A DNA stretch of 63,798 nucleotides, filler included, from Collodictyon triciliatum (lineage: Eukaryota): assembly GCA_043381765.1 (NCBI GenBank). It is 5 parts of 5 records of this genome, joined end to end, with 100 filler letters (N's around TTAATTAATTAA, not from the genome) between each part and the next. Parts side by side here need not be neighbours in the genome. Positions count along the whole stretch, not along the records: positions 1 to 16,972 come from JBHJMP010000033.1; 4 more parts are not named here. One strand, 5' to 3'. The notes beneath the pieces were generated by a model. The model saw only the letters and a list, made by a program, of their open reading frames with translations, was not told the origin of the DNA and ran no database searches. The position numbers and the translations under genes are program-made. Positions 1-15,822 of this stretch are shown piece by piece. The stretch's first letter is position 1. Each line of letters starts with the position of its first letter.

Positions 1-77
1 AAAAAAAAAAAAAAAAAAAAAAAATTTTTAAAATTATTTTATTATAAAGGGTATTTTTTTTTTTTTTTTTTTTTTTT

Positions 78-1660
78 TCAGTTTCCTACCTCTTTCTGGA
101 GCGCCTGACGGTCCGATTGGGCTGGTAGGAAATCCCAGAATGTGTTTGAGGCTTTTGATTGGGACTCTGTAGATATTTTATCCGCTGACATTTCATCGAC
201 AAGGTTCTTGCCTGTAACCGAGCACTGAAGAGCAGAGAGAGCGAGTTTTTCTGGAAGAGTTTTTAGCGGGATTCTCTTGGACGTAGCGAGCCGCCCTATG
301 ACACAAGCAACATCCCAGGGCGAGAACTTGTCAAGAGATGACGGGATGCAGATGTTTTCTTCAGAAGAGGCAGGTTTGGCAGCACTCCCATTCGAACTGC
401 TGTCACTGCTCTCTGGAGCTAGAAGCTCGTGCCAGTCTGGCCATCTAAAAGAAAATTCAGCACTGTATTCAGCAAACAACCCTGCTGCACGATATGCTGC
501 ATCAGAAAGAAGCAGCAGTGACGGCCTTCTTGCAGGGTCTGGAGCCCACATCATATCCAGCAAGGGTTTCCAAGGGGCGGGAATCCACGATGGACGGTGG
601 CCCACCAATGTGGAGATTCTCTTTGTTTCCTGGGAACAGCTAGCATCATTTGATATTGGTGAGGGAAATGCCTTTGCAGATTTTGTGGGGTCTTTGCTTG
701 GGTGGGCAGACTCGTCTATGATTGTCAGCGAGCTGTTAAAGTCCTGTGCCTTCTCATCAGATGTATGGCCGGCCAGAATGGCCGCGATGACGTGTGCTAG
801 GGCGTAAATGGCTGTGGCAGGGCCCATATATCCCGGTGGAATGCCAGGCTCTAGAGAAACGAGGCATTCAGGCGCGGCAAAAGTAGTGTTTGTGAGAGGC
901 TGAGTATCACACCAGGAAGGCAGAAGTGCGTGTGTGCCATAGTGTGCTAGTCTTGCAATGCCATCGGCCCCGACAAACACATCGTCTGCCGTAAGGTGGA
1001 TGTGATGCACAGGCGGGGTTTGCATGTGGAGATGCTCGAGGGCTGCCGTCAATGTGAAGAGCGCAGACGCGGCAAAACAGTCAGACGGCCGCGGTTGATC
1101 AGAGCCTACAACAGTGTTGTTGACTATAGGTGATGTGATGTGATGTGATGTGATGTGATGTGATGTGATGTGATATAATATAATATAATATAATATAATA
1201 TAATATAATATAATATAATATAATATAATATAATATAATATAATATAATATGGCAACCTGAAGGTTGGAGACCCTGCCACAGACCGCGAGAAAGGAAGGC
1301 AGTGAGTGGGACAGAACCGAGCAGGCGACTCACACAGACAACAGAAGCGTCGGCAGGGTTTGCAAAGATCCAGGCGTATTCGAGCAAGTAAGGGTGTTGC
1401 AGATCCCTGAGACGGCGAACGTGCTCGTCAAGAAACGGCACAAAAAAAGGGTCTTCCAAGAATGCTGGCTTTGAAAGCTGCAGATGCATCACCACAGCCG
1501 TAAAGTTGTGCGCAGCCGAGGCAGGCTTTTCTTCCTCGGGCGTGTTCGGCAACTGTGCGAAGGAAAAAGTCCGCGCTCCGTCCTGACGGTACACAGTGAG
1601 TCTGCTGGTATTCAGATCGTGGAGGCTCATGGTCGGTGTCCTACGGTACTGGTCTTTGTT
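78..1660 (-). CDS. Protein kinase-fold pseudokinase with probable C-terminal SAM domain (spliced; probably continues past the window start)
   Basis: Exons ~1660-1258 and 1123-~90 are joined by a GT-AG intron at 1257-1124 filled with 5-mer repeats. Kinase landmarks: LQHPYLL, HHIHLTADDVFV (HRD loop), ARLAHYG (DFG position), FAAPE, IYALA, WAPDPARRPS. SAM-like FSPWDVACVI...VTGKNLV near the end. Confidence 0.75.
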
Positions 1661-1859
1661 ATGCGCTGCACTGCACTCGTTTGTTTGTTTGTTTGTTTGT
1701 TTGTTTGTTTGTTTGTTTGTTTGTTTGTTTGTTTGTTTGTTTGTTTCTCTTTTCTCTGACTCTGTTTCTCGGCTTCGTTCCGTCTTGAGAGCTTTTCCTC
1801 TTCTTTCCTTCTTTTCATTTTTGTATGTTTATTTGTCATCTGTGTGCGTCGATCAGCCT

Positions 1860-2528
1860 CTGCGCGACTTATGAAACCCAAAGAGAACCCGACATAAGGA
1901 TTCTCCGTTTGACCCAGATTCCTTTATTTCTTCTTCTCTCCTTATTACTGCAATAGTGATAATGCAGTAGCGGACGGATCGCTTTTGTCGCCATCGCCAG
2001 GTTTTATCCAAAGATATGGCGGGTTGCGGGTGGGCACAAAGGCGATGACTCATAATAAGATGCACTCCGAAATGCTCTTCGGGCACTAGTTAGCAGAAGA
2101 GTGGCGCTTCGCGGGCGGATGAAAGTCTGGCCATGGCACCCAGATCAGATGCAGATGCACAACTGGTGAGAACAGAAACATTTATAGACAAGCTTCAGTG
2201 CGGGGCGAAGAGCTGATGGTGACCGAAGCTCCATTAGCAGACTGGGCTTCTTCAACCTCAGAGGCTTGGGCCGTGATATCAATCCGGGAAGGATGCGTTA
2301 GCAATCTGCAGAGCTGCAGGCCATACCAAGAGTTGCAGTCGCCCTCCCCTTCACCCCAGCACAGTTGATATTTAGTGCCGCGCGGCGTTCTGGTGATAAT
2401 CAGCTGTTTTTGAAGTTTTAATGAACAGATAGTTGAATTTCTTCAGCGCCGTGATTCCAAAGGGAAGTTCCTCTATCTATCCACAAACCGACTCAATTAG
2501 CTTTTTTTTTCAACACGTATTTTTATCT

Positions 2529-2582
<54 letters not shown>

Positions 2583-3660
2583 GGCACAAGGAGCTGTATG
2601 AGGCTTGCCAAAGAAGATATCTCATGACAAAGCGATGTAATCTAGTTGCGCTCTACACTGAGATGCGTCAGATTAGTCAAGTATCATAGATATGACTGTA
2701 TTGAAGACAGTCTGTTGGTGCTAATGCTAAGTAAGACTAGACCAGTCAAGCAAGATGTCTCTTTCGGAGGCGACGACAACGGGTTGTTATCTAAAGAGAA
2801 AAATGTGAGCCCTGCCAACTGCGATATTTCCGGTGGCAGCAGAGTCAAGGTGTTGTCCCAAAACCAAGTTTTCTGAGGTTTGCAAAACGGAGGACTCCTG
2901 GGGGCATTGACGAAAGCTGATTCTCACCCAGGCCGACGTATGTAAGAGTAGTCAGAAGAGGCTTCCCTGTCGGCAGCGACGACGCCTCATTGTTGCAGAA
3001 CTCCAGCCTTTCCAGAGGCTCCAGCATAACGATTCCCTGGGGAAAAAAAAACATCCTAATCACTTAGCCAAGAAATCAAGTCTCGTGCTTTTTGGCAGCT
3101 CCTCCGTACGAGCAGCTTCTTCGGAGATCGTGGTCGAAGCGGACGATGCGTTTCCCATCCAAGGAGAAGGTTTGGTGGATCCTGAGAATGATTTGTTTTT
3201 TGTTCTTTTTTGTTTTTGTTTGTTGTTTTTGTTTTTCCTTCTTTCTTTCCCCTACTCCCATCACACGACACTTCATAACCTAACACAACGAGACTGCGTT
3301 TCGATCAAAGTGACGGGCTTCGTAAACAAAACGATTTTGCCTGATTAGGGCAGCCCCGATATATTTGGTGTCCCTCCGAAAATGTTGCTGATTTCGTCAC
3401 CGCAAAAATTTACACAGCTGACCCAAATGTGGATACGATAGTTACTTGTTTTAATGCAGCTTGGATACGAAAAAAAAAAGAACGACAGGAGAATAAGAAA
3501 AAATAGAGGAAAAAAACTAAGAAATACTGAGGAACAAGGCACGGCTGAATGAAAGTAGGGGTTCGGGACAACGGGTATTCCACATGTCGGCAAGAAAATC
3601 AAAGACACAAGACCCCAAAGGGTTATGCCGACAAAGTTCGCAGGTGCGCCCCTTCCAAGA
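1860..3660 (-). pseudogene. Decayed leucine-rich-repeat coding region, possibly the ectodomain of the downstream kinase
   Basis: LRR consensus is readable across 3037-2430 (LERLEFCNNEASSLP, LTYVGLGENQLSSMP, LTFFSLDNNPLSSPP, LTHLSVERN*ITSL, IEELPFGITALKK). It carries a frameshift near 2860 and in-frame TGA (~2685) and TAG (~2643). A hydrophobic signal-like stretch lies near 3640-3580. Confidence 0.65.
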
Positions 3661-3680
3661 TGTCTTTTCTTATCTCATAA

Positions 3681-6567
3681 TTAATCCGCACGACCAATTA
3701 GGATGTCAAGGGCCTGTCTGATATTGTTGTTTGTCTGGCTCAAGACAGCAATTGCAACTGACTCTGTGAATCCCATGCTATCATACAACCGATAGAACGC
3801 AAGCAAAAGGAGATTGAATAAGCATAAATTAAACATATATTGGATTTTGGCGTCACAGCTAAAAGATGCCATACAAAACGAGTTCATGTATATCTCAACA
3901 AACGACCAAACGTGGGCAGAATATGGTTTGCACTAACCAGCCAGCATCTCCACCATCCTGCACAAAATTGAAAGGAAGAATAAAAAATAAAAAAATGGTT
4001 TGCACAAACCTAATCAATTGGTCGATGTTGACTCTTGAGGGTTGCACTTGATTGAGCCCGACCCTTTCTTCGAAAAAGTCTGGCAACGCTGTGGGAGGTC
4101 TCGCTGGGTGAGCGGATAGCGCTGGAATCTCAATATCCGCGAATTCATCCTGCGGTACATATCCCTATTAAAAAAAAGATTTTTTTTTAATTTTCATATC
4201 TATTTATTTATTATTATTATTTTTTTGCAGTTAGATTCTGTTACAAATGGCCTTTATGTGCAGAGTCATTATAAAAAGAAAAAAGATTGAGAGAAAAAGA
4301 GAGAGAAATAGTTATTAAGTTGTAATGTTTTATAGTTATTTTGTCTTACAAAACGATTCAAGTTGTGCATATTTTGAATTGGGTTCAAGAATGGCCCTGA
4401 TGTTTGGCGCGCACTCGATTCCGGCCAATCGGGCACCTAAGATGAAAATTGCTTTAGCCTTGGGATAGGTGAACATCATCTACTTAAAAAAAGTATATGT
4501 AACTAGAATTGAAACATTTGGAATTGTAATCACTGCCGTTGTGATTCTGATGCTAGGTTTTTTTTTTATCAAAGTTTTGTCTTAGAGAATCTTTCTATTC
4601 ATATTAGAATATCACGATAAGTATAAATATAATTATGGGGTATAAAACAAGCTGAGCCATACCTCGATTTGCTCTTCAGGCACTGGAGCTACACGTCTCC
4701 CGTTGGAGGTCTGCTTATTTAATATTTGCGTAATAAAAAATAACCCCATTAATTTACATGAAAATTGATTACAGTAATTAACTCTAAAAAAAAAAAAGCT
4801 GGCTTAGATATTACACTGTTTTGATGTGTCATGCCATTGACAAAATGATCAAATATGAAATAAAAAAATACGGGTAAGGGATGGTAATTGGACCGCGTCT
4901 CTATGAAGGGGTGAATATAGGACTCAAAAAAATCGGATATGGAATCTGGTATCTCAAATCTTGATATGCAAAAAGCCTCTGTGCGATAGCAATATCCGCT
5001 AGGGAAAATTTTATGAGTACGGATTAAATCTGGTAAAAGAAGAGACATGTGTTATGACAGAGTAAATCCAAAAAAAAAAATCGAGAGGATTACTGAAGGA
5101 AGAAATATTAGAAAAGATAATGCAAAAAAGTAATTGATTAACAAAATAATGAAAATAACAGTTCATACCAAAATAATCCAATAATCGCTGCATAAACCGA
5201 TCTCCTCCACGAAGTGAAAAGGAGCTATTCATAGCAGTGATATAATGAAAAGCTAATGGTCACCTCTTTTATTTTGAAAAAAATAAAAATACTTTGAAGC
5301 TCTAAAAAAATTTAAAAAGAAAAGAATGTCACTGGAAATTCACAAGGAAACATTCATATTGCCATGATGTATGTAATCTCATACCTGGATACCAAGAAGG
5401 TAAAGGAATGATTTGTTTGAAAAGTTGAATCTTCGAATTGACATATAATATTCCGCTGGCACATCTTCAAAGAAAACAACAAAAGAGCCAAATATTACAG
5501 GATATCTGTTAAATTGGCATGGTTTTTTTATGTAAAGGAAATATGGTTTAAAAAGAATGTAGTTATCAAATAAGTGTATTCTTTGAGTTAAAAATGACAA
5601 AGTCGGATACGGCCCAGACAAGATTACTCCAACAGATGGAAAGAGGACAAGAACGGCGGCATCGAGTAGGGCAGCCAACAACGTGATAAATATTATAAAG
5701 AACTATAAAATACCATTATTACTTGCTCTGCATATCTAAATGAACCAATTTATAGATTACACAGCAATAATAACAAAAGTTTTTGATCCTTCTGCCTTAT
5801 TTAATTACCCCATATCTTTTTGATGAGTAGAGGCGCTCAATTATCCGAAATAAATACAACAATAGTAATCCAAGGATAAGATCCTGCACTGTCGAAAAAA
5901 CAAACTGGGCGGCAAAGGTCTGAAAAAGGCGGCTAGAAGGTGAATGCAGAGGGTTTCCTGGTTGCAGAGACATCTCTCCCTGGTGGGACATATTTATGTT
6001 CATTTTCATAAAATTTTAAATAATGGTTCGCCATGCATACTAAAAGCTTTCAAATAATAATAAAAAAAAATTAGTAATAATAAACACGGCCTCAGGCGAG
6101 TCGAATGATGCTATATATCAAAAGATTAGAAATATCATGAGAACTGCACCAACTTGTTTTCCTAATGCATGGGCCAACGACGTCGCGAAAATAACAATGC
6201 ATACATAACATTTTTGTATCGGTGCATTTCCTAGACAAAGAAAAAAAGGACTATTTGAAATAAACGCGCCTAGTATTTAGAATAAGTTCCATCAACAACC
6301 ATCTGTTCTACGGAGCCAGACTTTAGTCGAATCATATTATAATGAATGACAGGACAAACACGGATCATAGTCCATGAGTATATGATAAAACAAAATGATT
6401 GATTACGATACCACATCACATAATATGTACCGGGGTAGAAGAAAAAAAGCCTTTGGTTTAGGGCGACCGAATCGATGCCCTTCCATCAAAAGAGCACAGT
6501 TCGGCTAAATGATCGGAATGGTGAAAAATGGTCACAAACCGAAACCAGGAGGACCGGCATCGATCAT
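3681..6567 (-). CDS. UBAC2: UBAC2-like rhomboid-family pseudoprotease with C-terminal UBA domain (multi-exon)
   Basis: Spliced start MIDAGPPGF/GNAPIQK (ATG 6567, donor 6539), then LLYLFRIIERLYSSKRYG, SGP/YPVIFG and NKSFLYLLGIQ. Terminal UBA: IDQLI/SMGFTESVAIAVLSQTNNNIRQALDILI, stop 3681-3683. Confidence 0.85.
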
Positions 6568-7406
6568 GGGCTGAGAGAACTCACGGAGCAACGGATATCA
6601 ATAGACCGCCTGATAAGAAAGAAGGCGAAAGAAATAAAACATAGTCATGGAGAAAACGGTAAGGAAAAAGACAAAAAGAACGAAGCAGATGAAAGCCGTT
6701 GGGTTGGCCTTGGGTTGGAGAGACAGGGCGCAAGTGCTGGTGGATTTTTTCTTTCCAAGGATTCCGCTGCTGCGTTCTCTGTGGCACAGGAAGATAAGGC
6801 GACATGCGTGATCGTGCGGGTGTTTGTCTTCGGCCACACACACTCTGATTCACACAGCGGGATTTGTCAGCCGCAGCCGCCGCTAGGTCTATCCTGTACC
6901 ATATAATTTGCATTGGTGGACTACATCGAGTTTGTAGAATGCTTCCATTCATAAAATAAATGATACATATAATATAATTTTGTATATTTTATGTTATTAA
7001 GTAAACGAATGGGTTCAATGGTACCAGAAAAATGTAAAATAATTTACATTCCACATATAATATTGTTAACGGTCAAGATTCCTTTCCCAGTTTGGCGTAC
7101 TCTGTTTGGCAGCAGAGGGTGCGGGATGCGGCCGGGCTGGTGGCTTTCAAAGCTGCGCAGATTGAGAGATGCTGGAGGGAGTGCATTTTTCTCATGTGAG
7201 TGTTGTATTATTTATACGGGCAACTGCTTGCATAGGCGATTGCGGGTTTGTGTGTCCCTTTGGTTTGGGATATTACTAAGATAAGAAAAGAGAGTAGGGA
7301 AGCAGAGAAAAGTAGACGGGCTCCGTATTGTTCGAACAAACGAAAGCACAGAGCAGAACAGAAAGAAAAAAAAAAAAATTAATCTCGGGTTGTGAATGAG
7401 GGCCTG

Positions 7407-9528
7407 TCAGATTCGACAAGAAATTTCCTTGCATGGCTGAGCTGATTCTTTTCTCCCCTTGGAGACAAGATTGCTCTCATAACAAAGGGCCGGTTTCGTC
7501 CCATATTTTGTTCCAATGAAGCTATTGGTTGCTTTCAACATGATGGTCTGCATGGACAGTGACAGCATCTGAGAGGATGTCGAGAGACGAATTGGACGGA
7601 AACGAGGCGTCGTGGAACTCGTCTGTTCCCTACACGTTGAACAATGTCAGGGAATAACAAACAAAAACAAAAAACAAACAATATATAGCATGCAGTATGT
7701 CCCTAAATTACATCACCAGGATTGCGTTCATGAAATATAAAAACAAATAAATACATACATAATGCCCGGATTATAAAAAAGAAAAGAAAAAGAGATAAAA
7801 AAACCTTCACACCGCCTTGTAGAAAGTCATACTGGCTATCCTTGATAGGGCTAACTAGTTGCATGGAGGAACCAAACTTATCCTGCAAGCTGCGAACAGG
7901 GGAGACAAAGGACATGTCATTCAAGACGGTGTGTCCTTTTGTCAAAGTTGATGTAAATGTGTGGCCCAGGGACGAATCAAGCGGAGGCGGGTAATGCTCA
8001 GGAGGGGGTGACGATGCGTTCATAACAAGCTTTCGTTGAACTCGTTGGAATACGTGCTTCTCAGAAGGCTGTTGCAGGTTGCAGTGAGAGGCATCTGTAG
8101 GCGTGGTTTGCGTGCTATAACCCTCTCGCATTCGCTTCGATGCTAATCAAAAGACAAACAGTGAGAAGTAAATCACATACTATTCATCCGGCATATTATT
8201 TGGGGTTTATGTGGCCCTTCAAATATTGGGAAATGCATGTATTCTTTTCTAGTCATTTTCATAGCATGCCAACTCACCCGAAGCGGGAGTGCTTTCTTCG
8301 AAGGTCATCTGGGAGTGCTTTGCAGGGGTTAGAAGAAGGAGAGCTGCCGCAGCGGAGTGATCGTCAAATCTCTCAGCGGAATCCTGCATTGGGTCTGTTG
8401 CATAGCTCAGGTCACCATCGTTGAGGAACTGGGGATTTGAGTCTAGAGCAAAGGAGGTCATGGTCTTGAGCGGCGTCCCGACCTCGCTGGTTTTTGATAA
8501 GGGAGAGTAGAGCGTCTCACAGGAGTCGGGCAGGCGAGTAGATACACCCTGGGATGTTCTCTTCGACGGAGTTGTGATACGAATGCGGGTGGGGCGAACA
8601 TCAGTGTGGGTATGAGAAGAGGATGAGGCAGAGTCAGTGGACGGCGGAGAAAGAGGGCCTTTCGAGCTTGATATGCGTCTCCGAGGGGTCTTTTGCGGCG
8701 AAGAGAGCGTCTTCTCATCTCGACAAGAGGGATTAGGCGTAGCTGTCGAGCGAAAAGAATGAGGTGTTTCTGCCGAGGCGGCAGATGGCTTCATGGGTGT
8801 GGCCGGGGCGTCTCGGGTGCCACCTGAATTTGACGTTTCTCCCGACTCGAAAGAGTCCATTGAGTTCGCGGGGTCTCTGTTTGAAAAGGCGAGGTAGGAA
8901 TCGTCGCTATCGAGGATGCCGTAGCTTCTCTTCATCGTCGTGTTCCAGTGATTCTTGATTGCGTTGTCTGTGCGGCCGGGCACATACTTTGCTATCTGCG
9001 CCCACTTATTACCGTACTGTCGATGGGCATCAAGGATGAGCTGCTCCTCCTCTGCCGTCCACGGGCCGCGATTGATGCTTGGGTTCAGCTGATTGTGCCA
9101 CCGCTCGCGGCACTGTTTTCCGATGCGGCCTTTCAAGTGGGACGCGATGAAGGACCACTGCTTGGCCCCGTACTTCTCCACAAGCTCGATGACCAGATCG
9201 TCCTCCTGTTTTGTCGCGCACAGAGCGAGCAGGGAGGACGGTGAGAAGTCAGATGACAGGACAAGGGAGCTTTGCTGCGGTTTCAGGAGGACGGGCTTCA
9301 GAAACAAACCTCCTTCGTCCACGCGCCTTTCACCATGCTTGGATTCAGAACCTTCTGCCAACGATGGTAGCACTGGGCGTCGGTCTTGCCCGGAAAGCGG
9401 CTGCTTACAGACTTCCAGTTCTTTCCACCGTGGCTTTTGACCAGCTGAGTCAGAAGCGCATCCTCCTCGGGAGTCCATTCGGACGAGGGGCACGAGCGTC
9501 CGTTTCGTCGGCTTTGCTGGTTGTCCAT
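7407..9528 (-). CDS. Three-repeat (R1R2R3) MYB transcription factor
   Basis: R1 WTPEEDALL...[12 protein letters not shown] in the exon from ATG 9528; intron ~9309-9209; R2 [17 protein letters not shown]...[13 protein letters not shown]3 [10 protein letters not shown]...[11 protein letters not shown]. Further exons at 8142-7805 and from ~7629. The exact stop and a possible upstream exon (9745-9940) are uncertain. Confidence 0.93.
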
Positions 9529-11915
9529 TCCTTTGTCCAGTTTGACTGCGCTGTGCTTCGGTGTGAGTCTATGCTGGAGAAAGGAGGAAAAATAGGCGCG
9601 GTAAGTCACGTAGGCAAAGCGACTCCCAAGACTGCCTTTCGAAGGCGGAGGGCACGACCAAGGACCCAACATACTCGATCCAATCTGTGTCATTTAAGGC
9701 TCGGAAAAAAAAAAAGAAAAGAAAAGAGTAGAGTGGTGTTGTACCTGTGCAGAGTCGGCTGTGAGAGTGTTTCCTCTGCCCACCTTCTGCTTTTTCCTTG
9801 CTCGCTCGAATGACTCCTCTTGGGTTGTCTTGGGTGAGCTTGCTTCGTGTGCTAGTGGTCGGTTTAGAAGCAGAAAAAGATGCTGAGAAGGATGCTCAGG
9901 CGGCCTTGGATGGTGTTTTTTTTCCCTCTTGGTGGGCAAAAGTCCAGGTTGATTCCAACCCGTTTGTTTGTGCAGTTGTCTCTTTCGGTTTGTGCCAAGC
10001 GGAATGGAACAAAATTGCTTCAGAACGGGTTTTGTAGCGCCGCGGGTGGCTTCCTTGGGTTTTCAATGAATGTTTCAGGCGAAGAAGAAGAAGCGCGCCT
10101 TCGTTGGGGCGGCTTCGACGAAATTCTGTGATGGTGTGTGATGAGGGCTGTGGTGATGATGGCGAACATATTCAAATCATTTTTCTCTCTCTCTCTGCTT
10201 TCACCCGCGATATTTTTTTCCGCTTGTGAGATTATTTTTTCTTCCCAAAACCCCTTGTCACTAATTCGCTTTCAAATGTGGCAGAAACCAGAAACATCAA
10301 GACCAAACCAATTCTTTTCTACCAATCCCAAAGCCTTTTTTTTTTCTTTTTCTTCTAGTAATTCACAGAATGAATGACCTCCGAGCAAAAGGAATCATCG
10401 AATACACTGGCGAGCCGGAGCTGCAAGTCACAGCCTCAAAGTCCGTGACAGTTTCCAACGCTCGCGTCTTCGTAGCCGACTCTCCTAAACAAAGCAGAGC
10501 CACTCGGTTACTTCAGCAATGCGAACGTAGTAAACCACTCTTCAGAGTCACAAGAGCTCATATCGTTATGCTTCTGTGTCAGTGATAGGCAGCTTTATTT
10601 GTCTTCGCGCATTCTCGCTAGCCTTGTTGGGCACTCTGGTGATCGGCCAACCTCACTCGCCTGTGCCCTGAACATAAACCCAAATGCCGTTTCCATAAGC
10701 GCCCGTGTTTGTACCATCTAAAATTCATGGTGTTATCGGCCTCAGCGGGGTTGTTAGTGACAATGTTTGAGGCGGGCATCTCATTGAGCACTGAGTCGGC
10801 AAGGGGCTCATCACCAGACTTGGAACGGGTGCAGAGGCTTTAGACAAAGCCCGCTCAAAAAGCCGTAGCGACGCTATTTATTCTACCATCGCAGAAAACA
10901 TGGCATCCTATACTCTATAACCTGTGCTCGGCAAATCCATAACGAATCAGCTCCCTTCGGTTTGATCAGAATTCAGTCCGAGGCTTGTGTGATCGCTGCC
11001 CGTAGCCGAGATAAAAAAACGATGATCTGTCTGCTCATTGCGCCCGCATGTTTCGCTAAACGAATGCGTTAAATAAATAATTTCCAAAATTCAACGTCCA
11101 AAATTCCATTTGTGGTGACAATCGCCGTTGACAATCTCCGAACGAACGTTCCGTACCTGATGTTTAAAAATCAGGGAACATCCGGGTATGGTATGAATAC
11201 TTACCTTGGTTCTGATTTTTTCGGGAAGCGTTCTTATTATATTTCTCTTCCTGGTGTATAAATGATAAACTTACCCAGACAAGGTGATGGCAGGCGGCTG
11301 AGCTTTGAATCATCGAACAGCCTTTGCTTTCAGGCTGGTTGAATTACTGCCGATGAGGGAGCGATCTGTTATTTTATGGAGCAACTCTCTCGTGGGAATC
11401 ATTACTCTTTCTCGCAGGAATTCGATGATTTATATAGACTCCGACGCCAAGGCAAAAATGAAAAAGATACGTGACTAATAAAGGGTGGAAGTACACATAT
11501 CCATTTTTTAAAAGGAGTTTGGATATTCGGTATTAGGTGTTTCTCTTAAAGAATGAGAAAAAGGGGGAATATAATGGATTCATTTACATGACTTAATCGT
11601 TTGTCTTTGTAGTATGTTCAGATGATGTTATGGCCGAGTGAAGCATTCCGGAATTGTGTTCTTCCGATGAATTCCTGGTTCAGTATTTTTTTATTTTATA
11701 ATAAAATTGAAAAAAAAAATACGATAATACTATACCCATTTATTTTCATAAAATCAATAGTTTATTCGGAGTAAATTTACAATGGTAGTCTCATTTGGGT
11801 GTTGTTGCCCGGATTGTATCCCTAGTTGATCAAAGTTGATTCATTTTAGTTATCAAACTTCCAGAATATAATATATAGAAGTAATAGAAGATACAGAAAA
11901 AGAAAAGGGAGAAAA

Positions 11916-12190
11916 AGAAGAAGAAGAAGAAGAAGAAGAAGAAGAAGAAGAAGAAGAAGAAGAAGAAGAAGAAGAAGAAGAAGAAGAAGANNNNNNNNNN
12001 NNNNNNNNNNNNNNNNNNNNNNNNNNNNNNNNNNNNNNNNNNNNNNNNNNNNNNNNNNNNNNNNNNNNNNNNNNNNNNNNNNNNNNNNNNAGAAGAAGAA
12101 GAAGAAGAAGAAGAAGAAGAAGAAGAAGAAGAAGAAGAAGAAGAAGAAGAAGAAGAAGAAGAAGAAGAAGAAGAAGAAGAAGAAGAAGAA
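11916..12190. repeat. (GAA)n microsatellite spanning an N gap
   Basis: Perfect GAA repeats on both sides of a 100-N gap. Confidence 0.95.
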
Positions 12191-12277
12191 ATAACAATAA
12201 TAATTCATGAATATGTAATGAATAAGCAGACGAAGAAAGTAGGTGCCATCAAATCAGCAACTAATATAAAAAATTAT

Positions 12278-15108
<2,831 letters not shown>

Positions 15109-15822
15109 TTGATTTCGACATATGAAAAGAAAGTAATCAGAAAATCAAGTTAACATTAAGTTTCTCAGTCAGACTAAAGCCCAATATTCATAAAGCATAT
15201 TTAAATTGAATTACATTAATCGAACAATGTTATATATAATGGCTTAGGTCAGAAAAACAATAAGAATAAAGAAACAACAAGAATGATGTGAGTTTGTGCG
15301 CGGAATGGACNNNNNNNNNNNNNNNNNNNNNNNNNNNNNNNNNNNNNNNNNNNNNNNNNNNNNNNNNNNNNNNNNNNNNNNNNNNNNNNNNNNNNNNNNN
15401 NNNNNNNNNNNNNNNNNNNNNNNNNNNNNNNNNNNNNNNNNNNNNNNNNNNNNNNNNNNNNNNNNNNNNNNNNNNNNNNNNNNNNNNNNNNNNNNNNNNN
15501 NNNNNNNNNNNNNNNNNNNNNNNNNNNNNNNNNNNNNNNNNNNNNNNNNNNNNNNNNNNNNNNNNNNNNNNNNNNNNNNNNNNNNNNNNNNNNNNNNNNN
15601 NNNNNNNNNNNNNNNNNNNNNNNNNNNNNNNNNNNNNNNNNNNNNNNNNNNNNNNNNNNNNNNNNNNNNNNNNNNNNNNNNNNNNNNNNNNNNNNNNNNN
15701 NNNNNNNNNNNNNNNNNNNNNNNNNNNNNNNNNNNNNNNNNNNNNNNNNNNNNNNNNNNNNNNNNNNNNNNNNNNNNNNNNNNNNNNNNNNCATCTATAT
15801 CGGACAAGCTGTACATCCTATT

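Noticed and set aside
2640-2690. In-frame TAG/TGA in the LRR as evidence of a reassigned genetic code
   Set aside because: The same region has a frameshift, and all conserved genes read cleanly in the standard code, ending in TAA, TAG or TGA.
6581-7284. Short ORFs between UBAC2 and MYB
   Set aside because: No domain or consistent exon chain; likely UTR and promoter sequence.
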